From Candidatus Latescibacterota bacterium (GTDB taxonomy: Bacteria; Latescibacterota; UBA2968; UBA8231), in contig OZ241867.1 of assembly GCA_965203175.1 (NCBI GenBank), positions 6,016,001-6,080,000 of the forward strand: DNA of 64,000 bases, given 5' to 3'. The notes below the pieces were generated by a model that did no database searches, was not told the origin of the DNA, and was given only the letters and a program-made list of their open reading frames with translations. The stretch's first letter is position 1; each line of letters opens with the position of its first letter. The translations under genes were made by a program, and so were the position numbers. Positions 18,676-26,944 of the stretch are shown piece after piece.

Positions 18676-21003
18676 CTACGTCAGATGTATAGGCGCGGAT
18701 TCAATTCGCAAGCGCAAGATGCTTTTCAATACCTGTTCGGGTGTGGCCGGCGCATGTAATTCAGGCCTGAGTTGGCCACCCCGCAGTGCGGCTATAGCGT
18801 CTTTCAGCGCGTGAAAAACCGATATGGCCAGCATGAAAGGAGGTTCACCCACTGCCTTGGAACGGTAGATCGTCTCCTCCCTGTTCCTGCCCCAGTCAAC
18901 CAGTTCAACATTGCATTCCAGCGGCCAGTCACTGCACACCGGTATCTTGTAGGTGGATGGGGAGTGCGTCATGAGGGCACCTGCAGTGTCCCACCAAAGT
19001 TCCTCACTGGTCAACCAGCCGGTTCCCTGCAGAAAACCGCCCTCCACCTGCCCCCTGTCGATGGCTGGATTTAATGATTCCCCGACATCGTGCAGGATAT
19101 CGACACGCAGTATTTTATGTTCGCCGGTCAAGGTATCCAGTAGCACCTCGGACACCGCAGCGCCGTAGGCAAAATAGAAAAACGGGCGGCCGCTCAGCGT
19201 TTTCTGGTCATAATTGACCCGGGGAGTACGGTAATAACCGGTGGAAGACAGGGAAATGCGCGCCAGGTAAGCCTGATTGGTCAATTCGGCAAATTTCACC
19301 AGATCACGGCCAACCTGCACACCTCCAGGAGTAAAGCGCACCTGCTCCGCCGGCACCCCGTAGTGTTGTGCTGCAAACTCAGTCAGACGCTGTTTGATCA
19401 CCAGGGCAGCTGCTCTGGCTGCCATGCCGTTGAGATCACTACTGGAAGAGGCGGCTGTCGCAGATGTATTCGGTACTTTTCCGGTATTGGCAGCGGTGCA
19501 TTTTATCCGTTCCCGGTCCACCTGGAACTCTTCGGCTATCACCTGGGAAACCTTGGTGTACAACCCCTGCCCCATCTCGGTGCCCCCATGGTTCAACATG
19601 ATGCTGCCGTCGCGGTAAACGTGCAACAAGGCACCGGCCTGGTTGTAGAAAGTTGCAGTAAACGAGATCCCAAATTTGACGGGAGTGAGCGCAATACCGC
19701 GTTTGAGTATTTCGCTGTCGTCGTTGAACGCTCTGACCTGCCGGCTTCTTTCCCTGTAACCGGATTTTTTCTCCAGTTCATCCACCAGTTCATGGATGAT
19801 GTTATCCTCCACGGTCATGCGGTATGGCGTCACGTTCCTGTCATTTTTTCCGTAGAAATTGATTTTCCGTACGTCAAGAGGGTCTTTATCGAGATGGCAG
19901 GCAATCTCGTCTATGACGTTTTCTATTCCCATCATCCCCTGGGGTCCGCCGAAACCCCGGAAGGCTACGTTTGACGCCTTGTGGGTCTTGCAACGGTGGG
20001 AAGTAATGCGCACATGTTCCAGGAAATAACAGTTGTCGCTGTGGAACATGGCCCGCACGTTAATGGGACCCGATAAATCGGCCGAGCGACCGGAATCCGA
20101 GGCCAGTTCTAGGTCTATGCCCTTTATCTTTCCGCGTTTATCAAAGCCTACCTGGTAATCGATACGGAAACCGTGCCGCTTGCCGGTAATCGTCATGTCA
20201 GCATCACGGTCCACGCGTAATTTTACCGGCCGGCCAGTCCTGTGCGCGCCCACTGCCGCAACCACCGCAAACAGGGCAGGCGTGGTCTCTTTGCCGCCGA
20301 ACCCCCCTCCCATGCGTCGGCATTCAACCACCACATCCTTGGAGGATTTACCCAGAGCGTGGGCAACTAGGTGTTGCACCTCCGTCGGGTGCTGGGTGGA
20401 AGCATAGACCACCATGGCGCCGTCCTCCTGTGGATGCGCCACGGCAATATGCCCTTCCAGGTAAAAATGGTCCTGTCCACCGACCCTCAAGCGGCCCTGC
20501 AATTGATTGGCCGCCCCGGCAATGGCCTGATCGGGCGTGCCGCGCACAATGGTCTGGGAGGGAAGCACAAAGGATCCCTGTGCCATGGCGCTGTCTATAT
20601 CCAGGATTGCCGGCAGTTCTTCATAGTCGATCCTGGCTCGGCGCGCAGCCCGGCGCGCGTTATTCACCGTATCGGCAAGTACGGCAAAGATGGATTGCCC
20701 CACGTATTCGACTAGGCCGTCGGCAAAAACCGGATCGTCAGCAAGTATGGGACCGTGGTTATTGGTGCCGGGAATATCCTGAGCGGTGATAATGGCCAAA
20801 ACACCGGGTGATGACCGAACTGCGGAGAAATCAATCTGCCTGATTCGGGCATGGGCCTTGGCGCTGTAGCCGATGGCAGCGTGCAGCAGGCCCCGGGGCT
20901 CAGGCTGATCATCCACATACTCGGCTTCCCCGCTCACGTGCAGGTGGGCGCTTTCATGGGGCAACGCCTTACTGATAGCGAAAAACTCTTTTTTATCAAT
21001 CAT
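18676..21003 (-). CDS. xdhB: Xanthine dehydrogenase molybdopterin-binding subunit
   Basis: HESAHLHVSG, QDHFYLEG, RMGGGFGGKE, AFRGFGGPQG, GTEMGQG, SKAVGEPP (catalytic Glu). Confidence 0.96.
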   Translation of the reverse strand: MIDKKEFFAISKALPHESAHLHVSGEAEYVDDQPEPRGLLHAAIGYSAKAHARIRQIDFSAVRSSPGVLAIITAQDIPGTNNHGPILADDPVFADGLVEYVGQSIFAVLADTVNNARRAARRARIDYEELPAILDIDSAMAQGSFVLPSQTIVRGTPDQAIAGAANQLQGRLRVGGQDHFYLEGHIAVAHPQEDGAMVVYASTQHPTEVQHLVAHALGKSSKDVVVECRRMGGGFGGKETTPALFAVVAAVGAHRTGRPVKLRVDRDADMTITGKRHGFRIDYQVGFDKRGKIKGIDLELASDSGRSADLSGPINVRAMFHSDNCYFLEHVRITSHRCKTHKASNVAFRGFGGPQGMMGIENVIDEIACHLDKDPLDVRKINFYGKNDRNVTPYRMTVEDNIIHELVDELEKKSGYRERSRQVRAFNDDSEILKRGIALTPVKFGISFTATFYNQAGALLHVYRDGSIMLNHGGTEMGQGLYTKVSQVIAEEFQVDRERIKCTAANTGKVPNTSATAASSSSDLNGMAARAAALVIKQRLTEFAAQHYGVPAEQVRFTPGGVQVGRDLVKFAELTNQAYLARISLSSTGYYRTPRVNYDQKTLSGRPFFYFAYGAAVSEVLLDTLTGEHKILRVDILHDVGESLNPAIDRGQVEGGFLQGTGWLTSEELWWDTAGALMTHSPSTYKIPVCSDWPLECNVELVDWGRNREETIYRSKAVGEPPFMLAISVFHALKDAIAALRGGQLRPELHAPATPEQVLKSILRLRIESAPIHLT

Positions 21004-21012
21004 ATTAAATAG

Positions 21013-22500
21013 TTATGCCCAGACCGAGGTCTCAACACCTGTTGTTTCAAGATAGAAACGTTTTAACAGGTTGCCGGCCACACGCCGGCGGTAACCAGAT
21101 GTAGCTCGCATATCAGTTAATGGTTGATAGTCCTCATCCATGGCCTTTATCGCCGCTTCGACGGTTGCTTCACTCCAGTTCCGCCCGTGCAATGCGGCTT
21201 CACAATGTCTCGCCCGTTGCGGGATTGCCGCCATGCCGCCGTAGCAAATGCGCGTATCAGCAACGACGTCCGACTCGAGGCGCAGGAAATAAGCGCCGCA
21301 GACTGCGGAAATGTCCTGGTCATAACGTTTGGCAATCTTGTAGGACCGGAAATGGTCTCCCGGGCCGTGCCGCAATGGGATCTGCACGGCTTGGACAAAC
21401 TCCGAATCCTGCAGGGCAGTCTTCCGGTAGCCCAGATAAAATTCATCCAGAGGCAGTCCGCGTCTCATGTCACCGCGCCGCAAGACCAGTACAGCCCCCA
21501 GGCTGATCAGTGCCGGCATCGTATCTCCGATTGGCGAGCCGTTGGCGATATTGCCACACAAGGTGCCGACATTGCGGATGGGTGGCGAAGCAAACCGGCG
21601 CATGATTTCGAACAGGTCGGGATAGTGTGTTTCCAAGACCGCAAATGCATCGGTGAGGCTGACCACGGCACCGATCTCAAGGCGGGTTTCGCTCTCATCG
21701 ATATAATCCAGTCCGCTGACCTGGCCGATGTAGATAATAACGGGGAGTTCACGGTATTCTTTGGTAACCCATAATCCCACGTCGGTACCGCCGGCCAGGA
21801 TGGTGGCGTCGGGGTAGCGCAGCAATAAATCCGCCAGTTCGGACAGGCTCGCGGGCGCAAAGTACATATCCCGTGCACCGACATGGGAATCATCGCTTAC
21901 CCCGATACGGGTGCTGTTCCGTACGGACAACTCTAGGGAAGCACCTGGGCGGATTTCCTCAAGGCGGTGTCCCAGTTCCTTTTCATCGACCAGGTCCTGT
22001 CCATAGTCGTGCATCCTGAGTGCCGCGCGGATGATGGGCTGGTAACCGGTACACCGGCAAAGGTTGCCCGACAGTGCGTCATCGATCTGCGCGCGTGTGG
22101 GCTTTGCGTTATTCCTGTACAAGGCGAACAGCGACATGACAAAACCGGGAGTACAGAAGCCGCACTGAGAACCGTGGCAGTCCACCATGGCCTGCTGTAC
22201 CGGGTGTAAACTGTTGTTGCTGACTTTCTTCAAACTTTCCACGGTGTACAACGCCTTGCCGTTCAAGGTGGGCAGGAACTGGATACAGGAATTGATGGAA
22301 CGAAAACGCACCCGTTGCGCGCCTCGTTCGGCAACGACGACGGTACAGGCACCGCAATCTCCCTCGGCGCAACCTTCCTTGGTGCCTGTGCGTTGTAAAT
22401 TCTCCCTCAGGTAATTCAATACCGTGGTCGTCGGTGCAGAGTTTGCAACTTCATGCACATGACCGTCCAGCAGGAAACGTATTGTCCCGTCCTCCTTCAT
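21013..22500 (-). CDS. xdhA: Xanthine dehydrogenase small subunit (2Fe-2S/FAD)
   Basis: GTKEGCAEGDCGACTV, QCGFCTPG, GNLCRCTGY, LAGGTD, ANGSPIGD, KRYDQDIS. Start ATG 22500. Confidence 0.96.
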   Translation of the reverse strand: MKEDGTIRFLLDGHVHEVANSAPTTTVLNYLRENLQRTGTKEGCAEGDCGACTVVVAERGAQRVRFRSINSCIQFLPTLNGKALYTVESLKKVSNNSLHPVQQAMVDCHGSQCGFCTPGFVMSLFALYRNNAKPTRAQIDDALSGNLCRCTGYQPIIRAALRMHDYGQDLVDEKELGHRLEEIRPGASLELSVRNSTRIGVSDDSHVGARDMYFAPASLSELADLLLRYPDATILAGGTDVGLWVTKEYRELPVIIYIGQVSGLDYIDESETRLEIGAVVSLTDAFAVLETHYPDLFEIMRRFASPPIRNVGTLCGNIANGSPIGDTMPALISLGAVLVLRRGDMRRGLPLDEFYLGYRKTALQDSEFVQAVQIPLRHGPGDHFRSYKIAKRYDQDISAVCGAYFLRLESDVVADTRICYGGMAAIPQRARHCEAALHGRNWSEATVEAAIKAMDEDYQPLTDMRATSGYRRRVAGNLLKRFYLETTGVETSVWA

Positions 22501-22706
22501 ATTTTTCCTTTTTGTGCTCGATGGACCTGTCCGTGACCACATCTAGCTAATGGATTCTTTTAGCTGACAGGCATCATCGTAAGCTAAATAACCCAAGTCT
22601 CTCCAATCAAGGACGTTCGCTGACGGCGGGCCGACATCGCGTCGCTCTGCTGTCGCGTATTAGATTTGCTTGCTATTTTGAATAATCCACATAAAGGAGG
22701 TTGACC

Positions 22707-23243
22707 ATGATCCGATTCATTGACAAACCCATCATCGGCTTGGCGCTCGCATTGGCGGTGAGTTGCTTGGGATGCTCCGAAGACGAGCCAACCGCGTCTG
22801 AGGCCACTCAAGCCAGCACCGTCGTCAACCCCACGGAGGGCAACGAAGCCCAAGGGACGGTCGAGTTCACGCAGGAAGCCGGCGAGGTGCGAGTTATAGC
22901 CAACCTGACCGGGCTTACGGAAGGCGACCACGGATTCCACATCCACGAAAAGGGCGATTGCAGCGCAGCCGATGGCACATCAGCGGGCGGTCACTTCAAT
23001 CCCGAAAACAAAAACCACGGCGCACCAGATGCCGCGGAACGGCACGTCGGCGACCTTGGCAACATCACCGCCGACGCCTCTGGGCAAGCCACTTACAACC
23101 GCCTCGACACCCATCTCGAATTGGATGGTGCCAACAGCATCATCGGGCTCGCAGTCATCGTTCACGCCCTCCCGGATGATTTCTCACAACCCACTGGCGC
23201 GGCCGGTGCCCGCGTCGGCTGTGGAGTCATAGAGGGCAGATAA
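22707..23243 (+). CDS. sodC: Periplasmic Cu/Zn superoxide dismutase (lipoprotein-like signal)
   Basis: AAGGAGG RBS. HGFHIHE, GGHFNP, HG, RHVGDLGN, IVH, disulfide Cys pair, GARVGCG. Confidence 0.94.
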   Translation: MIRFIDKPIIGLALALAVSCLGCSEDEPTASEATQASTVVNPTEGNEAQGTVEFTQEAGEVRVIANLTGLTEGDHGFHIHEKGDCSAADGTSAGGHFNPENKNHGAPDAAERHVGDLGNITADASGQATYNRLDTHLELDGANSIIGLAVIVHALPDDFSQPTGAAGARVGCGVIEGR

Positions 23244-23263
23244 GAGCGAAATTTATTGGGTAA

Positions 23264-26173
23264 TCACTCGCGGGCGACCAATTCTTCTAGCTTCCAGTCG
23301 AGCGGGATGCGCATCCGCCCTTCGTTGCGGCGGTCGAAGAGCAGGTAGTTTTCGCGCAGCCCAAAGTAGAACAGGTCGCGGGTCAGTTCCACGTCCTTTT
23401 GGCAGTACTCGGCAATCAAATCCAGCCGCCCCTCTTTGAACCACCGCAGCGCGTCCAGCCCGTCGGCGCTCTTGGCCGCGTCGAGCGTAGCCTTGCCCAG
23501 CGAGTCGAGGCTCACCCGGTAGCGCAGCCGCTGGTGGATCTCGCGCAGAATGTCGAGCGTGTTGAGCGTGCCGAAGTCGAATGGGCTATACCCGCGCAAG
23601 ACCGAATAGTCAAAGCCGATGATGTTGAAGCCGACGATCAAATCGGCCTCCTGCAAGTGCTCTAAGAGCCGGTCGATGTCTTCCTCAAAATACTTGGTGC
23701 AGGCCTGCGCGCGGCTGTCCCAAACCACCCCAACCGACATGCCCATCATGTGCGCTTTGTTCCAGCCGCCGACCTCGGCAGCCGAACGCTGAGTTTCAAG
23801 GTCGAACACAACCACATGCGGGCCTTGGTCAGGTGTCGCGTTCTCTACCTCCTCCTCTTCTTCCCACTCGGCAAAAATCGGCGCGTCCTCTGCGCCCTCG
23901 GTCGGAGTGCGCTCGATAGCCCGGCGGCCCGTGAGCGCGCCAAGCAGGTGGATCGCGCCGGCCTTGTCGAGAGGGACGTTGCCCGCGCCACACGTGGGGA
24001 AATGGATACAAGACGGACAGCCGAGCAGGCAATCGCAGGTTTCGACCATAGAAAGCGTCATGTCCAAGAGGCGGTCGAGCTGGGCAAAGCCCTTTTCCGC
24101 CAGGCCAATGCCGCCGGGGTGATAGTCGTACACGAAAATTGCGCCCTTGCCGAGCTGCGGGTGCTGGGGATAGCAGATCCCACCGACATCCGTGCGGTCG
24201 CACAAGGCCAGCAGCGGGAAGAGCGACTTCATGGCGTGTTCAATCGCATGGATCGAACCCATGTAGTGGTGCTGATGGCGGCTGAGATCGGCCTTGAAGT
24301 GGGCGTCGAGCTCAATCCAAAAGCCAATCGTCTCAAAGTGTTCCACCGGCGACTCCAACTCGTGTTTGCTGAGCACGACTTGGTCGCCGACGCGGATCTT
24401 TTCGTAGCCCACCACCTGCGAGCTGACCTTGAGCCGGCCCAGCCGCGCCATAAAGCCCTGCAAGGGCCGCGAGCGCAGCTCCTCTAAGATCTCGGTATCC
24501 TTTTCCGTGCGGGCGCGCGTGAAGTACGCTACATCCACTTCCTCAGCGTAGATCTGGCCCCGCTCGGGGTTGCGGTCGCCGATCTCGTACTGGCGGCCAC
24601 GATGCAAGTAAATTGCGCCTTTGTAGCACTCGCCGTACACCTGCCCACCGCTGACCGTGCCAATCTGGTTGTCGCCGCGATCGACGATGTTATACGACTC
24701 GCCGATGGTGCGCATGTTGACCAAGCGGTGCGGCTGCTTGCGCGCGGCAAACCAAGCGTCGCCCTCGGCGTTCTGCAGCAGCATGCCATCCTCAGTCAGT
24801 GCATCGACCGCCTCCTGATAGTTGGGCAGCGCGTACTCGGTTTCGCTAGCGACGAGGGGCAATTCGCGCGCCGCGCACGTGAGGTGATTTTTGAGAATGT
24901 ACTGATTCGTCGGGTCCACCACCGCATCCTCTAAATCGCGCCCGAAAAACTCTCCCGGGTGCCGCATAAAGTACTGGTCGAGCGCGTCGGGAGAGGCGAT
25001 GAGGAGGATGAGCGACTCGCGGCCGGCGCGGCCCACGCGGCCAGCGCGCTGCCAAGTGTTGATGATCGAACCCGGATAGCCGACTAACACGCAGATATCC
25101 AAGCCGCCGATGTCAATGCCCAACTCCAGGGCCGACGTGGCCACCACGCCCATGAGCTCGCCACCGTTGAGGTCCTGTTCGATCTGGCGGCGCTCAGTGG
25201 GCAAATAGCCCGCGCGATACGAGGAAATCCGCTCCCGCAAGTCCGGTCGGCTCTGGGTGGCCCAGCGGTACACGAGTTCGGTAGTGATGCGGGCGCGGGT
25301 GAAGACAATCGTGCGATAGTCCTTGAGCACGCTGGCGCGCAGTAGGTGAGCCGCGAGGGTGTTGGGACTTTCGCTCGGGTTGACGAACACAAAGTGGCGC
25401 GCCGCGGCCGGAGCGCCGTGGTCCTCAATCGCGTAAAAGGAGCGGTTGAGCAGCTCGCCCGCTAGCTCGCGGGGATTGCCCATCGTCGCCGAGCTGGTGA
25501 TGTACACCGGATCGGACCCGTAGTGCGCGCAGATGCGGTTCAAGCGGCGAAACAGGTGCAGAACGTGGGTGCCAAACACGCCGCTGTACGCGTGCAGTTC
25601 ATCGATGACCACGTAGCGCAGGCGGGCGAAAAAGCCGGCCCAAGCCTCGTGGAAAGCGAGGATGCCCGAGTGCAGCATGTCCGGCGTGGTGAACAGCACC
25701 TGCGGCGGTTTGGTGCGAATTTGCCGACGGCGGTGGGCCGTGGTGTCGCCGTCGTAGATGGCCGCTTTCAACGTGCCCCCTAAGCCCTGCATCAGGCCGT
25801 TTAGCTCGTCGAACTGATCCTGCTCCAGCGCCTTGAGCGGGAATATGTAGAGCGCGTGCGCCTCGGGATCGTCGAGCAGCGTGGTCAGCACGGGCGCGTT
25901 GTACACCAAGGTCTTGCCCGAGGCCGTGGGCGTGGCAATGGCCAAGTGCTGGCCCTCCAGCACTTTTTGGATGCCCTCGGCTTGGTGCGTATAAAGCGCG
26001 GGAATGCGAGCGATTTCGAGGATGCGGGCCATGGCCGGAGGCAGGCCAGCCAAGTCGCGGACTAGACGCGCCGGGCGCGCGGGCAAGGTCTGGTGATGGA
26101 CGACCTCATTGCCCAAGATACGGCGTTTGAGAAAGCGGATGTGTTCGGCGATGCTCTCGGCGTCGCAGATCAA
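23264..26173 (-). CDS. DEAH-box helicase with DUF1998 (MrfA/SftH/Hrq-like) fused to a C-terminal RNase H-like 3'-5' exonuclease (MrfB/YprB-like)
   Basis: TASGKT, DELH, SAT, LELGIDIG, QRAGRVGR. Cys cluster C..CDCLLGCPSC. Exonuclease motifs FDLETQ, GFNIIGFD, YCQKDV. Confidence 0.92.
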   Translation of the reverse strand: MICDAESIAEHIRFLKRRILGNEVVHHQTLPARPARLVRDLAGLPPAMARILEIARIPALYTHQAEGIQKVLEGQHLAIATPTASGKTLVYNAPVLTTLLDDPEAHALYIFPLKALEQDQFDELNGLMQGLGGTLKAAIYDGDTTAHRRRQIRTKPPQVLFTTPDMLHSGILAFHEAWAGFFARLRYVVIDELHAYSGVFGTHVLHLFRRLNRICAHYGSDPVYITSSATMGNPRELAGELLNRSFYAIEDHGAPAAARHFVFVNPSESPNTLAAHLLRASVLKDYRTIVFTRARITTELVYRWATQSRPDLRERISSYRAGYLPTERRQIEQDLNGGELMGVVATSALELGIDIGGLDICVLVGYPGSIINTWQRAGRVGRAGRESLILLIASPDALDQYFMRHPGEFFGRDLEDAVVDPTNQYILKNHLTCAARELPLVASETEYALPNYQEAVDALTEDGMLLQNAEGDAWFAARKQPHRLVNMRTIGESYNIVDRGDNQIGTVSGGQVYGECYKGAIYLHRGRQYEIGDRNPERGQIYAEEVDVAYFTRARTEKDTEILEELRSRPLQGFMARLGRLKVSSQVVGYEKIRVGDQVVLSKHELESPVEHFETIGFWIELDAHFKADLSRHQHHYMGSIHAIEHAMKSLFPLLALCDRTDVGGICYPQHPQLGKGAIFVYDYHPGGIGLAEKGFAQLDRLLDMTLSMVETCDCLLGCPSCIHFPTCGAGNVPLDKAGAIHLLGALTGRRAIERTPTEGAEDAPIFAEWEEEEEVENATPDQGPHVVVFDLETQRSAAEVGGWNKAHMMGMSVGVVWDSRAQACTKYFEEDIDRLLEHLQEADLIVGFNIIGFDYSVLRGYSPFDFGTLNTLDILREIHQRLRYRVSLDSLGKATLDAAKSADGLDALRWFKEGRLDLIAEYCQKDVELTRDLFYFGLRENYLLFDRRNEGRMRIPLDWKLEELVARE

Positions 26174-26232
26174 GGTCCAATTTCCTGAAGCAGTGTGCGG
26201 CGAAGACGAGTGGGGAGCACGGGGAGGAAAAA

Positions 26233-26261
26233 AGAATAGCTAAGCTGTTGGGCTAGGGCAA
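26233..26261 (-). promoter_or_regulatory. Putative sigma70 promoter of the helicase gene
   Basis: Minus strand TTGCCC, 17-bp spacer, TATTCT. Confidence 0.4.
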
Positions 26262-26301
26262 GGCGGGAGGGAGAAAACTTGGTTGTGCGTCACTTTGAAA
26301 T

Positions 26302-26490
26302 TTAGTTAGGAGGATCTACGCCGAGATCGCGGCAAATCTTCCTTACTAGCGTATCTTTAATTTCTCTGTGCCGGGGTATCGAAGATCGTCGGCCATCAGA
26401 AATATTCCTCCACCACGAGTGTTTTCCGCCTTCGCGGATCTGTTCGCATCCGCTCCGACGGAGATGTTTCAATAGGTCAATCCGTTTCAC
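26302..26490 (-). CDS. hicA: HicA family toxin (mRNA interferase)
   Basis: 62 aa basic protein with REGGKH and IPRHREI. Confidence 0.9.
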   Translation of the reverse strand: MKRIDLLKHLRRSGCEQIREGGKHSWWRNISDGRRSSIPRHREIKDTLVRKICRDLGVDPPN

Positions 26491-26693
26491 ACGGTAATCA
26501 CTAGCTCTTCGTAGTCATCGCCTACAAGGTCCAAGATCTCTTGGCGATGAAAATCAAGAGCCTCATGGAGTGCTTCCTCAATACTTTCCAGCAATTCTTC
26601 TCGGGTACGTTCTTGGCAATTAACACCAGGGACGTTCTGAACCCAGCCAATCCACCATTCCCCTTCTTGTTTCAGGATAGCAGTATATTTCAT
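26487..26693 (-). CDS. hicB: HicB family antitoxin (short, no DNA-binding domain)
   Basis: YTAIL..EGEWWIGW...VPGVNCQERT.EEL; acidic; overlaps hicA start by 4 nt. Confidence 0.88.
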   Translation of the reverse strand: MKYTAILKQEGEWWIGWVQNVPGVNCQERTREELLESIEEALHEALDFHRQEILDLVGDDYEELVITV

Positions 26694-26944
26694 TTGAGGC
26701 TCCTCCTACATACGCGTTTGGTCTAAAAAATAAAATGCTCGATAAGCAAAACAAAATCCAGCGGTTGACAAAGTTGAGGGGAACTCGCCCGGACAAATGC
26801 CTGTCGTCTTGACAGAGAACCTATAAAAAGGGTCTTTATTTCGTATCGGTATGTAGCCCAACAAGCGTTTCCCTTGGCGGCACCTGATTACTAAAAAGGG
26901 GAGGTAATCTCGGTGCATCAAATCAGTTTTTCCGGCCTAACAGA

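Noticed and set aside
23264-26173. DISARM/Druantia defence locus
   Set aside because: No partner genes (drmA/C/D, MTase, druA-D) are adjacent; the exonuclease fusion fits MrfAB-type repair better.
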